From Calditrichales bacterium (GTDB lineage: Bacteria; Calditrichota; Calditrichia; Calditrichales; J004): 64,000 bases of DNA. Position numbers and translations under genes: made by a program. The DNA is taken from positions 416,001 through 480,000 of the forward strand of contig OZ254086.1 of NCBI GenBank assembly GCA_965267575.1, given 5' to 3'. The notes beneath the pieces are model-generated. The model was not told the origin of the DNA and did no database searches. It saw nothing but the letters and a program-made list of their open reading frames with translations. Of the stretch, positions 48,077-58,128 are shown one piece after another (the first letter of the stretch is position 1; each line of letters opens with the position of its first letter).

Positions 48077-49504
48077 TTATAGCACAAAATATTTGTCAAA
48101 AGGCATGCCGAATTCCTGTACTTCGTAGTCGCCCGTGCTGTGGTTCATCTTATAGGTACCGCGATACTCGCCGCGGGCGATACGCTGCAGCGCCTCAACG
48201 ATGGCGTCGATCTCTTCTTCCACGTTGTACATGCCAAAGCTCATGCGCACGGCGCCCGGAATACTGGAGCGGTCATGCTGCAAAATGCGTGATTCCAGCA
48301 AATCGCTCTCTTCCTGCGTTACGTGCAGCAGGCATTTAATGTAGGGGTGGGCGCAGAAACAGCCGTTGCGCACGCCGATGCCGCTTTCATAGTTAAGCAT
48401 GGCTGCCACCAGGGCGTGGTCCAGACCTTTCATGTTAAAGGAGATAACACCCAGTCTGTTTTCAACATCATGGGGGTCGGCAGAGCCGTAGACGGTCAGT
48501 CCCGGTACTTTGGCCAGTTTTTGCAGCGCGTAAGTGGTCAGCCGTGCTTCGTGTTCGGCAATGGCGTCCATCCCGATCTCGCTGCAGATCTGCAGGGCCT
48601 TGCCCAGCGCGATGGCGCCCGGCACATTGGGTGTTCCCGCTTCTTCCGATTCCGGCACATCTGCCCAGAAAACATGATCTATGGAAACGATACTGACCGT
48701 ACCGCCGCCTACATAATCGGGCTCGCCGCCGGCAAAAGCCTTACGATTGGCGATCAGCACACCCAGGCCAAAAGGCGCGTAAATTTTGTGCGCCGAAAAA
48801 GCCAGGTAATCGATATGCCCGGGATCATCCTGGTCGCCCATATCAATTTTGCGGTGCGGAGCCAGCTGCGCGGCGTCCACCATGATCTCGGCGTCATGGC
48901 TGTGCACCAGCCGGGCAATCTCATGAACCGGGTTAACGTAGCCGGAGACATTGGAGGCGCCGGTGATAGCCACAAGCCGCACCTTGCCTCTGTATTTTTC
49001 TAGTTTGCTGCGCAGATCGTCCATATCCAGGCGTCCCATATCATCGATTTCCACATGCTTAACAGTGGCACGCATGCGCCAGGGCAGGTCGTTGGAATGG
49101 TGCTCCATTTTAGAACAAAGCACCACGTCCTCCTTGGTTAGCGGCATACGCCGCGCCAGCTTGTTAATTGCCTCAGTAGAGTTTTTGCCAAATATGATCG
49201 TATGCTCCTCATCGCGCACGTGGAAAAAATCGCGCACGATTTCGCGGCTCTGCTCATACAAATGTGTGCTTATCTGCGACTTAAATCCGGTGCCGCGGTG
49301 GATATTTGAGTACCAGGGCATAAAACGATTGATAGCATCCAGTACCGGTTGCAACGTCGGCGTGCTGGCGGCATTGTCAAAATTGATATAGCGTGCCGTA
49401 GTGCCGTCAATCAATGGCACATGCTCGTCTATGCCGACAACCTGCTCGCGGATATTGTCAATCGTCATCATGCCATTGGTAGTTTTTGTTTGCGGGTTTT
49501 GCAT
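48077..49504 (-). CDS. Class V PLP-dependent aminotransferase / cysteine desulfurase-like
   Basis: FDNAAST, EHHSN, DAAQ, SAHK (PLP Lys), EAGTPN, RNGCFCAHP. Confidence 0.88.
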   Translation of the reverse strand: MQNPQTKTTNGMMTIDNIREQVVGIDEHVPLIDGTTARYINFDNAASTPTLQPVLDAINRFMPWYSNIHRGTGFKSQISTHLYEQSREIVRDFFHVRDEEHTIIFGKNSTEAINKLARRMPLTKEDVVLCSKMEHHSNDLPWRMRATVKHVEIDDMGRLDMDDLRSKLEKYRGKVRLVAITGASNVSGYVNPVHEIARLVHSHDAEIMVDAAQLAPHRKIDMGDQDDPGHIDYLAFSAHKIYAPFGLGVLIANRKAFAGGEPDYVGGGTVSIVSIDHVFWADVPESEEAGTPNVPGAIALGKALQICSEIGMDAIAEHEARLTTYALQKLAKVPGLTVYGSADPHDVENRLGVISFNMKGLDHALVAAMLNYESGIGVRNGCFCAHPYIKCLLHVTQEESDLLESRILQHDRSSIPGAVRMSFGMYNVEEEIDAIVEALQRIARGEYRGTYKMNHSTGDYEVQEFGMPFDKYFVL

Positions 49505-49556
49505 AACTTTTCCTTTAGATTTGTTTTCTCAGATACGATGCGGCTGATCCAGGCCA

Positions 49557-50567
49557 CTAGCCGATCATCTTGCGGCGCTGTTTTTCAATCTGCTCCATAA
49601 CCTGGTTGGCCAGCTTAAGCGCCTTCAGTCCGTCTTCGGCGGTTACGGCAGGCCGGCTGCGTTCACGCACACACTGGCAAAACGCCTTCAGCTCATTGAG
49701 CAGCGGATTTACTTCTCGCCGCTCCAACCGCGCGTACTTGATCTCCTTTTTCATGGCCCCGGCGTCAATCTGCCCCAGCGAGTAGGCCAGCGTACTGTCG
49801 GCAAAAGGCATCTGCCCGCCGTCCGGGATATAGAATATCTCGGAAAAACCTTCGGCCATATCCAGCGAAATATAGGCATTGCGCTGGAAAATCCGCATTT
49901 TGCGCATCTTCTTGGCCGAAATGCGGCTGGCCGTCACATTGGCCACGCAGCCATTCTCAAACTCGATACGCGCGTTGGCAATGTCCACGTTGTCTGAAAC
50001 CACACCCACCCCGCTGGCATCAATCTTCGCCGGAGCCGAGTCCACCAGGTGCAGTATCAAATCCAGGTCGTGGATCATCAGGTCGAGAATAACGGCCACG
50101 TCTGTGCCGCGCGGGTTAAAAGAAGCCAGGCGATGGGCCTCTACAAAAACCGGCTGAATATCCACATCGCCCAGGGCCTGCAAAGCGGCGTTAAAACGTT
50201 CGATATGCCCCACCTGTATAAGGCGCTTTTTGCTGCCTGCCGTTTCAATCAGCTCGCGGGCTTCCTGCTCGGTACGTGTAACCGGCTTTTCTATAAACAC
50301 GTCGCGATTCATGTTCAATGCCATTAAGGCAATCTCATGATGGCTTGTGGTTGGCGTTACGATATTAACAGCATCGCAAGATTCCATAAGCTGTTCCAGG
50401 GATTCAAAAGCGCGGCAGTCCAGCTCCCTGGACAAAGCCTGTGCTTTTTTCTGGTCCGTGTCAAATACTCCAACCAGATGCGCGTCCGCCACCTGCTTGT
50501 ATAATGAGGCATGCAGCCTGCCCAGGTGCCCCACACCGATTACGCCGACATTAATTTTTTCGCTCAC
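49557..50567 (-). CDS. Gfo/Idh/MocA oxidoreductase (GnnA-like)
   Basis: GVGHLG, EKP, VGHIERFN, DLMIHDLD, TASRIS. Confidence 0.88.
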   Translation of the reverse strand: MSEKINVGVIGVGHLGRLHASLYKQVADAHLVGVFDTDQKKAQALSRELDCRAFESLEQLMESCDAVNIVTPTTSHHEIALMALNMNRDVFIEKPVTRTEQEARELIETAGSKKRLIQVGHIERFNAALQALGDVDIQPVFVEAHRLASFNPRGTDVAVILDLMIHDLDLILHLVDSAPAKIDASGVGVVSDNVDIANARIEFENGCVANVTASRISAKKMRKMRIFQRNAYISLDMAEGFSEIFYIPDGGQMPFADSTLAYSLGQIDAGAMKKEIKYARLERREVNPLLNELKAFCQCVRERSRPAVTAEDGLKALKLANQVMEQIEKQRRKMIG

Positions 50568-51889
50568 GGATTAATTCCTTTTTCTTTTTGCAGAATATAT
50601 TCACCGTTGCGGTTTTCATCGACAAAAACGAAAGACGTTTCCCGCTCCGGGTAATACCACACTTCAAACGGCGGCTTGTCCGTCAAATAGCGCTGCTCGT
50701 CCTTGCGTTGCGGCTCACCGTAGAGAATGTAGACCATGCCACGGTCGGTTTCCCAGCCTTCTTTAAAACGCGTGGAATAATGGCGCAGCGTGTGTGTCAC
50801 ACGGCGGTAATATTCATGCTTTAGTTCATTATATGCGGTTTCAGGGTTTTTGTCACGCTCTTTCCAGTACGCGTCGAACCATTCGGAAAGCTGCTCCAGA
50901 TCCAGCTCTTTCACCCGCTCAAGCTCATCGGCGGAAAGCAGGTATTTCATCGGCCGCACCGCCAGATCCACCTTGTAAAGATAGATCGGTTTTTCAAACC
51001 AGACCACCGAAAAATCGCGCTCAACCACCTGCTCTTTTTCGTCCGGTCCTTCGCCCACCATGCGCAGGGTATAGTCACCTTCTTCCATTTTTTCATAAGG
51101 CAGATTGTAATAAAGCCCAAGCACGCCCTGTTCTGAAGAAAGCGTATCGTACTGCTGGTGGACCAGTTTCCTGTCTTCGTTTATTTTCCTAAAAAGACGG
51201 TAATTGCTGTAATACTGCCCCGCCGAGTCGACCAAAAGGCGGCAGAATGCCCGGTAGGGGTTATTAAAATCGAGAATGGTGCGTGCAGAGCAAAGCGCAA
51301 TAGTGCCGCTATCGGCAGGGGCTTCCGTTTTTAAAAATACGATCGTCTCCGCCGGACCGTCCGCTATTATCTCAAAGCGGCGCATAGCGGTATAAACACG
51401 GCTGCTGCGGTGATCGCTGAATTCGAAAACAACGTCGTAGCGCCCGGGCAGCAATTCGGCCACACCACTTTCCGTGTAAGGCTCCAGGTCAAAACTGTAA
51501 TACTGGTATTGATCGTGGGCGTTCGTATCATCAAAATTTTTCAAGCGTGTTGTCAGCCGCCAGCTTTTGCCAAATTCGCTGCTTTCCTCCTCCTCACGGC
51601 GCACACTTACAGTTACCTGGTATTCGGAAACATAGACATCATTCTCTCGCACAAAAGTGAGATAATCATTCTGGATTGCAAAGCTTACGACGAATGCCGG
51701 CTGCGTACCCTGATGCGCTTTGCCGTACCAATAATTGAAATTAATGTAGGGCTTGCGGTACACCTCAAAGCCATAGCGCGATGTGATGTTACGGATATCT
51801 TTCTGTGCTTCAACCGCCTGCTGAAATGCGGATGAAGAGACAATGAAGGACGCTGTTAAAAAGAAAATAAGCGGACGAAATGCGCGCAT
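50564..51889 (-). CDS. GWxTD domain-containing exported protein
   Basis: Signal peptide; YW..RD..PET..NE...EYY.R, GWETDRG..YI.YG.P, W.Y. Confidence 0.88.
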   Translation of the reverse strand: MRAFRPLIFFLTASFIVSSSAFQQAVEAQKDIRNITSRYGFEVYRKPYINFNYWYGKAHQGTQPAFVVSFAIQNDYLTFVRENDVYVSEYQVTVSVRREEEESSEFGKSWRLTTRLKNFDDTNAHDQYQYYSFDLEPYTESGVAELLPGRYDVVFEFSDHRSSRVYTAMRRFEIIADGPAETIVFLKTEAPADSGTIALCSARTILDFNNPYRAFCRLLVDSAGQYYSNYRLFRKINEDRKLVHQQYDTLSSEQGVLGLYYNLPYEKMEEGDYTLRMVGEGPDEKEQVVERDFSVVWFEKPIYLYKVDLAVRPMKYLLSADELERVKELDLEQLSEWFDAYWKERDKNPETAYNELKHEYYRRVTHTLRHYSTRFKEGWETDRGMVYILYGEPQRKDEQRYLTDKPPFEVWYYPERETSFVFVDENRNGEYILQKEKGINP

Positions 51890-51913
51890 TTTATCTCCCG
51901 TAAAAAGTTAAGC

Positions 51914-51942
51914 AATTTAAATGCCCCCTCACAGTAAATCAA
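51914..51942 (-). promoter_or_regulatory. Sigma70-type promoter for the GWxTD operon
   Basis: TTGATT-N17-TAAATT, the same hexamers as at 39589-39617. Confidence 0.6.
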
Positions 51943-52081
51943 GGCGCAAGGCCTGATATGAAAATCACCTGAACGCGCCAACGCCAAAACGGTTCGCTCG
52001 CTGCCGTAACTTGTCTTTTTTGGCAATAACCTGTAGCTTTAGCCCCTGTTTTTGCTCACCCCTATCCAACCGGAGATTCAC

Positions 52082-53986
52082 ATGATGCACCTGTCGAGGC
52101 GCCTGTACCTGGGACTGCTTACCGTATTATTTGCTTTTAATTTTTCATCAGCCGGTAGTGCACTAACCATTAGCAATCAAAAAACAGTTTATCTCAGCGG
52201 GCTGGAATATGAGCTGCTTTTTGATGCAGAAGACGGGCAGTTACCTACTGCAGTCAGCTTTAAAGGCGGCGATCGGACGATCGATGTGCGCCTGGACAGC
52301 ACGGCAGAAGGCAGCTTCAAAACTACGGTTTCTTTTCCGGCGTGGGGCACATGGGAATTGTACATCAACGGTAAAGCCGGCAGCGTGGAGATATGGAGCG
52401 TCCCCGGCTGGTTCAGCCTCTTGCCGCCACTGGTGGCCATTGCCCTGGCGCTGATCACCCACCAGGTACTGATCGCCCTGTTTGCCGGTATTTTCATCGG
52501 CGCGCTTATCATTTACGGCTTCAACCCGCTGCAGGGCTTTGTTTACAGCCTAAGCGAATTTATAGCCAAAGCACCGGCGGATCCGGACAATATGGCTATC
52601 CTGGTTTTTAGCCTTACCCTTGGCGGCATGGTCGGCGTTGTTTCCAAAAACGGCGGCACCCAAGGCATCGTGGAAGCTTTGAGCAAATACGCCTCCGACA
52701 CTCGCCGGGGACAGATCGTCACCTGGGCCATGGGCATTCTGATCTTTTTTGACGACTATGCCAACACGCTGATCGTTGGTAACACCATGCGCCCGCTTAC
52801 TGACCGTCTGAAAATAAGCCGCGAAAAACTGGCCTACCTCGTGGATTCCACTGCTGCCCCCATCGCCACGCTGGCCGTAATTTCCACCTGGATCGGATAT
52901 CAGCTCAGCCTGATTGATGAGGCTTTTGGCGCCACCGGCCTCGACATGAACGCTTTTGTTACGTTTCTGCAAACCATACCCTTCAACTTTTACCCGGCGC
53001 TGGCGCTCTTTTTTGGTTTTATGATCGCCTTTACAGGGCGTGATTTTTCAACAATGCGTGCCGCGGAAAAAAGGGCCTGGCACGAAAACAAAGTGCTGGC
53101 AGACGGGGCTACGCCGCTGGCCGATACGGGCAGTGAAGAGATCATGCCACGTGAGGGTGTACCGCTGCGCTGGTACAACGCGCTGGTGCCGGTTGTTATG
53201 GTTATTGCGGTCACCTTTCTTGGGCTGTGGTTTACGGGCCTGGAGAGCCTAAGCCAAAGCGACCGGAACGCCGGCCTGCTGCGCTACATAAGCGCTGTGT
53301 TCGGCAATGCCGATTCATTCAGTGTGTTGATCTGGGGCGCTTTCGCCGGTTCGTTCACGGCCATTATCATGAGCCTTTGGCAAAAGCTGCTTTCACTGAA
53401 CGAAGCGATCAACGCCTGGGTGGGCGGCGTAAAGGCAATGCTCATCGCCGGATTGATCCTGACGCTGGCCTGGGCCATCGGCGACATCTGCGTGGAAGTC
53501 CAGACCGCCGGCTACGTCATCGAGCAAACCCGCGATCTTCTCTCTCCCGTCTGGATACCGACACTTACTTTTCTGATCGCCGGAGTGGTGGCCTTTTCCA
53601 CTGGAACATCCTGGGCGACCATGGCCATCCTTACGCCCATCGTAGTGCCGCTGGCCTGGCACCTGCCGCTGGCCGACAGCGCAATCGGCGCAAGCCAGCA
53701 AAGCAGCATTTTTCTCAGCTCCGTCGCAGCCATCCTCGCCGGCGCCACGTTCGGGGACCATTGCTCACCCATTTCCGACACCACGATCATGTCGTCCATG
53801 GCCTCGGGCTCGGATCATGTGGACCACGTAAAAACACAGTTGCCCTACGCCCTGGTTGTTGGCACCGTTGCCGTGTTATTTGGTTTTATCCCGGCGGGGC
53901 TGGGCATGCACGGATTGTATTTGCTTCCTGTAGGCGCCATCGTACTGGCACTGTTTATACGTTTTGCCGGGAAAAAGACCAACTGA
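52082..53986 (+). CDS. Na+/H+ antiporter NhaC-family transporter with N-terminal soluble domain
   Basis: SLLPPLVAI, IFFDDYAN, SREKLAYLVDSTAAP, FSTGTSW, GDHCSPISDTT, HV.TQLPY; SD GGAG before ATG 52082. Confidence 0.88.
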   Translation: MMHLSRRLYLGLLTVLFAFNFSSAGSALTISNQKTVYLSGLEYELLFDAEDGQLPTAVSFKGGDRTIDVRLDSTAEGSFKTTVSFPAWGTWELYINGKAGSVEIWSVPGWFSLLPPLVAIALALITHQVLIALFAGIFIGALIIYGFNPLQGFVYSLSEFIAKAPADPDNMAILVFSLTLGGMVGVVSKNGGTQGIVEALSKYASDTRRGQIVTWAMGILIFFDDYANTLIVGNTMRPLTDRLKISREKLAYLVDSTAAPIATLAVISTWIGYQLSLIDEAFGATGLDMNAFVTFLQTIPFNFYPALALFFGFMIAFTGRDFSTMRAAEKRAWHENKVLADGATPLADTGSEEIMPREGVPLRWYNALVPVVMVIAVTFLGLWFTGLESLSQSDRNAGLLRYISAVFGNADSFSVLIWGAFAGSFTAIIMSLWQKLLSLNEAINAWVGGVKAMLIAGLILTLAWAIGDICVEVQTAGYVIEQTRDLLSPVWIPTLTFLIAGVVAFSTGTSWATMAILTPIVVPLAWHLPLADSAIGASQQSSIFLSSVAAILAGATFGDHCSPISDTTIMSSMASGSDHVDHVKTQLPYALVVGTVAVLFGFIPAGLGMHGLYLLPVGAIVLALFIRFAGKKTN

Positions 53987-54083
53987 CGGTTAGCGGTTGT
54001 CGCCCGGGCACCTGGCCGGGCCGGAGAAATGGAACAGGTACATTGGTGAATTAACCATCTACCTGAATACCCTAATACATTCC

Positions 54084-54641
54084 TTAAACCAATTCGCTTA
54101 AGGTATGCACATTTACACCGGGACTTGCCGGCGAGATATAGTTGGCGTTATAAGGATGTTCCATCACCTGGATGGCGTAGCGGTTGGAAACAAGTTGGTT
54201 GAAATGGCTTTCAAGGCGGCCACCGGGCGAAATATATAAAAACAGCACGCTGTTCACCTGACTGATCATAAGGTTGTCGCGGCGGTCAATATCTTCACGA
54301 GACGGCCTGTTGTTGCGCGTACCGGGTGAAACCAACAGCAGCTTGGACTCCGCGTTTATGGCTTTCAGGCGGTCTTTCATAACAAACTGGTTGATATCTT
54401 CTGCAAGATAGTAGATGATCCCGGCGCGCATGGCCGGATGCACCCGAGACAACAGGTGTTTTTCCAGCGGAGCCTGCCAGCCGCCGGCAAGAGCAATGGG
54501 CATGTCCAGCAGTTTTTTAAACAGAGCCTCCGCACGGGGATACAACTCTTTTGGCGTCTCGCGGGAGGCAAACAGCGCCACCACGCGACGGCTTAACAGT
54601 TCAATATTTCCGGTTGATTCAAATTGGGCGAAAGAGTCCAT
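54084..54641 (-). CDS. Hypothetical protein, short DprA/SLOG-like Rossmann fold
   Basis: GNIELL...VALFASR, AGGWQAPLEK, RRDNLM...V..VLFLYISPGG resemble truncated DprA-like proteins. Confidence 0.55.
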   Translation of the reverse strand: MDSFAQFESTGNIELLSRRVVALFASRETPKELYPRAEALFKKLLDMPIALAGGWQAPLEKHLLSRVHPAMRAGIIYYLAEDINQFVMKDRLKAINAESKLLLVSPGTRNNRPSREDIDRRDNLMISQVNSVLFLYISPGGRLESHFNQLVSNRYAIQVMEHPYNANYISPASPGVNVHTLSELV

Positions 54642-56008
54642 CAGGCCAGTTCGTTGTCTTTAAATGCCTTCACGGTTAAATCAAAATCATCAGCAAGCTC
54701 TTTTTCCACCTCTTTGCGGTCGGCAGACACCACAACCAGCAATTCATCAGGATGAAAATATTTTTGGGCAGCATCCTGAACCTGCTCAGCTGTTACGGCG
54801 GTCATACGCTCGCGGTAGGTGCGATAATAATCATCTTCCAGGCCATGCACAACAATGTTAGACAAGCCGGCAGCAATCTGCAAGCCGCTTTCAAAAGCGA
54901 TAGGAAATATACCGGTCATATAGCCGAGGGCATTCTGCAGCTCCTTCTCCCCCACTTTTTCCTGCTGCAGCTTTTTCATTTCGCGGATGATCTCGCTGAT
55001 GGCGCTTCCGGCATGCTGCGTATCCACCGCACTGGAGATCATGAACGGCCCTGCTCCCTTACGCATGATGAAGCGTGAGTTAATGCCGTAGGTCAATCCT
55101 TTTTCCTCACGCAGGTTCAGATTAAGCCGGGAAAGAAAATAACCACCCAAAATCTGATTGAGCACCACGCAGGCATAATAATCCTCGCTGTGCCGGTCTA
55201 TCCCGATATGGCCCAGCCTTATCTCGGCCTGCCGGGCGCCGGGCCGGTCCACAAGATGCAGGTGCAGCGGTTGCTGATTGTAACTCTGCACATCACGTGC
55301 CTTGCGCTCCTGCTTTCCCTTCCAGTTTTCAAAATAGCGCCGTGAAAGCTCCTCCGCCTCCCCGCGGTTTAAATCACCCACGATGATCAGCGTGGCATCC
55401 TGCGGGCGGTAACCCTGCCGGAAAAATTCGCGCAGGGCTTTTGCGTCAATAGCGGCAATTTCTTTTTGTGTTCCGCTCAGCGGTTTACCGTAACGCGCGG
55501 CACCATATAAGCGGCTGTAAAAATACTCCGATGCAATTCGTCCCGGGCTGTCAATAACATGCAGACGCTGGTTCAACAACTGTTTGCGCGACCGCTCCAC
55601 CTCGTCATCGGGAATCGTGGCATTAAACAAAATATCGCAAAAGAGATCGAGTGAGCTGTCGAGCTGGCGTTTTACACTGTTCAGTTCCAGGAAGCTGGCG
55701 TTCCAGTCAGCATGTCCGGCAATGTGCGTACCCAAGTGCTCCATCTCGCTGGAAATGGTATAGGCATCCCGCGATGGCGTGCCCTCCGTAAGCAGATCCG
55801 CGGCCACGGAAGCCAGACCTTCACCACCCTCAGGGTCATGATCGGCGCCGGCATTCAGACAAACCTGAATGCTGACCAGCGGCAACTTGGTATGCGGCAC
55901 ATGAATAACCTGCAGACCGTTCTTTAGCGTAAAACGATCAAATAATGGAAAATTAAAGGGACGCGGCTTTTGCGCTGCCGGTACTTTGGTGCGATCGAAA
56001 TCAGCCAT
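54641..56008 (-). CDS. M16 peptidase, non-catalytic subunit
   Basis: M16 fold without HxxEH; SRLNLNLREEKGLTYG R/Y motif. Confidence 0.88.
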   Translation of the reverse strand: MADFDRTKVPAAQKPRPFNFPLFDRFTLKNGLQVIHVPHTKLPLVSIQVCLNAGADHDPEGGEGLASVAADLLTEGTPSRDAYTISSEMEHLGTHIAGHADWNASFLELNSVKRQLDSSLDLFCDILFNATIPDDEVERSRKQLLNQRLHVIDSPGRIASEYFYSRLYGAARYGKPLSGTQKEIAAIDAKALREFFRQGYRPQDATLIIVGDLNRGEAEELSRRYFENWKGKQERKARDVQSYNQQPLHLHLVDRPGARQAEIRLGHIGIDRHSEDYYACVVLNQILGGYFLSRLNLNLREEKGLTYGINSRFIMRKGAGPFMISSAVDTQHAGSAISEIIREMKKLQQEKVGEKELQNALGYMTGIFPIAFESGLQIAAGLSNIVVHGLEDDYYRTYRERMTAVTAEQVQDAAQKYFHPDELLVVVSADRKEVEKELADDFDLTVKAFKDNELA

Positions 56009-57278
56009 CGGCCCGTCCTTCCGGCAGGTAGTGCAGCACGATCCTGTTTTCGTTTTTGATGTAGATTTGTGCTATGTTTTCCACCTGCTTGCGTGTAATA
56101 GCGGCATAGATTTCAGGTTCGCGATTGATGTAACCGGGGTCTCTAAATTGAACCGCCGCCCGATTGAATGTGTCGGCCAGGCTTTCAATACTTTGCAGTT
56201 CCCTTACCTGTTGCGCTTCAATCTGGTTTTTCACGCGTTGCATCTCGTCTTCCCTAATGCCTTTTTCAATAACGCCTGCCAACTCTTCGTCCAGGGCTTT
56301 TTGCAGCTCTTCAACGGTTGTTCCCTGCTGAGCCGTCGCCACAACCACAAACAATGCCGTGCCTTCAGTGCCAAAGGTAAAGGCATAGGCGCTTTGGGCC
56401 ACCTGCTTTGTATAAACAAGATCATAATAGAAACGGGCGCTCTTGCCGGAGGACAAAACATCGGCCAGGAAATCCGCGGCATACCAGCTATCGCTGCCGT
56501 AGGCCGGAATGTGATACGCCATGTATATGCGCGGAAGCTGAATATTGTCATGCACCACCTCGCGCTTTTCACCACGGAAAGCGCCTTCGAAGCGGCTGGA
56601 AACGGATGGTATCTCCTGCACGCCACGAATTGAGCCAAAGTAACGTTCGATCCACTCCGTTGCCTGGCGCCGGTTAAAATCACCCGCCACACACAGCGAG
56701 GCATTGGCCGGGCTGTAATAGGTTTTAAAAAAGGATTTAATATCGTCGAGTGTGGCAGCGTCCAAGTCATCCATATAACCGATTACGGGCCAGTGATAGG
56801 GGAAATCTTTGGGGTAAGCCAGGGCCAGCATCTTCTCCAGCCAGGTGCCGTAGGGCTGGTTATCGACACGCTGGCGACGCTCGTTTTTTACTACCTCGCG
56901 CTGATTGTCCAGCTTCTCCTGCGTCATGGAAGGAAGCAGAAATCCCATTCTGTCTGCTTCCAGCCAAAGGGCCAGCTCCAGGTGGTGCGAAGGGACCGTT
57001 TCAAAATAATTTGTACGGTTAAAAGACGTGGAACCGTTAACCGAACTGCCGATACTTTGCAGCAGGCGGAAATGCATTTCGCTGCCCACGTTTTCACTGC
57101 CCTGAAACATCATGTGCTCAAACAGGTGGGCAAAGCCGGTCTTGCCGGGCTTTTCATTCCAACTGCCAACATGGTACCATACGTTTACACTGGCAATCGG
57201 CGTGCTCGGATCATGATGAAGTATTACATTGAGGCCATTCTCAAGACGGTATTGTTCGTACTTTAGGTTTAGTCGCAT
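56001..57278 (-). CDS. M16 (pitrilysin-family) zinc peptidase, catalytic subunit
   Basis: GFAHLFEHMMF (HxxEH), NGSTSFNRTNY, VVKNERR. Confidence 0.93.
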   Translation of the reverse strand: MRLNLKYEQYRLENGLNVILHHDPSTPIASVNVWYHVGSWNEKPGKTGFAHLFEHMMFQGSENVGSEMHFRLLQSIGSSVNGSTSFNRTNYFETVPSHHLELALWLEADRMGFLLPSMTQEKLDNQREVVKNERRQRVDNQPYGTWLEKMLALAYPKDFPYHWPVIGYMDDLDAATLDDIKSFFKTYYSPANASLCVAGDFNRRQATEWIERYFGSIRGVQEIPSVSSRFEGAFRGEKREVVHDNIQLPRIYMAYHIPAYGSDSWYAADFLADVLSSGKSARFYYDLVYTKQVAQSAYAFTFGTEGTALFVVVATAQQGTTVEELQKALDEELAGVIEKGIREDEMQRVKNQIEAQQVRELQSIESLADTFNRAAVQFRDPGYINREPEIYAAITRKQVENIAQIYIKNENRIVLHYLPEGRADG

Positions 57279-57287
57279 AAGCAGGGC

Positions 57288-57854
57288 TTACAGCAGACTT
57301 TGTACGATTTTTTCGAATGTCTCGTAGGGGCGGGAGCCCTCTATCCTGCCAATGGCGCTGCCATCGCGCCCCACCACAAATGTTTGCGGGATGGACGAAA
57401 TGCCGCCGTATGCAGCCACGACATTGCCGTTGGCTTTAAGTACAGGGTAGTTAATGTTGTAGGACTCCATAAAAGCCGGCACTTTGGGCAAATCGTCCGG
57501 ATTGTCAACGGTGATTCCTAAAATCACGAAACCGTCATTACCATATTTCTCAATCAACTCCACAAAATGGGGGATCTCATTGCGGCAGGGTCCGCACCAT
57601 GTTGCCCAAAAATTGACAAATACCAGCTTACCGCGGTAATCGGACAGCGACACCATATTGCCATCCATGTCCTGTAAGGCAAAATCCGGCGCCTGTGGAG
57701 CCTGCTCCTGGGTCGCCGCCTGCGGTGCCTGCGAAGATGCCTGTTGCGTTGCGGATGAATCATCATTTAAAAACACAAATCCAACCAAAACCGCTGCCAC
57801 AATCACGGCAGCGCCATACCACAGTAAATTGGAATTATTTTTACTATTGCTCAT
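57288..57854 (-). CDS. TlpA/ResA-family membrane-anchored thiol-disulfide oxidoreductase
   Basis: N-terminal TM, APDF, NFWATWCGPC, IP.T. Confidence 0.92.
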   Translation of the reverse strand: MSNSKNNSNLLWYGAAVIVAAVLVGFVFLNDDSSATQQASSQAPQAATQEQAPQAPDFALQDMDGNMVSLSDYRGKLVFVNFWATWCGPCRNEIPHFVELIEKYGNDGFVILGITVDNPDDLPKVPAFMESYNINYPVLKANGNVVAAYGGISSIPQTFVVGRDGSAIGRIEGSRPYETFEKIVQSLL

Positions 57855-58128
57855 TTCTTTTCCTTATCTCATTATTAATGTCCTTGAATTCGCCAAGACC
57901 CAGGCAATCGAAAAGACGCTCTTTTGTCTCTTCGGGCAGGGTCTCACTGCATTCGCATTCCTTGCACAAAACCACGGTCTTACGCATCGTATCATAATAA
58001 ATGCGCACCTCGCGGCAATCGCTCAATGTTTTTTTCAATTCGGCGCAAGCCTCGCCATCCAGATCTTCGCAAAGATATTTGCGGATCAGCTTATATTGTT
58101 TTTTTAATTTTTTGTCATCCATTGGCAT
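57844..58128 (-). CDS. Putative Cys-rich anti-sigma factor (degenerate ZAS)
   Basis: Overlaps the ECF sigma stop; YLCEDLDGEACAELKKTLSDCREV...LCKECEC..LP....ERL follows the zf-HC2 spacing. Confidence 0.7.
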   Translation of the reverse strand: MPMDDKKLKKQYKLIRKYLCEDLDGEACAELKKTLSDCREVRIYYDTMRKTVVLCKECECSETLPEETKERLFDCLGLGEFKDINNEIRKRNEQ

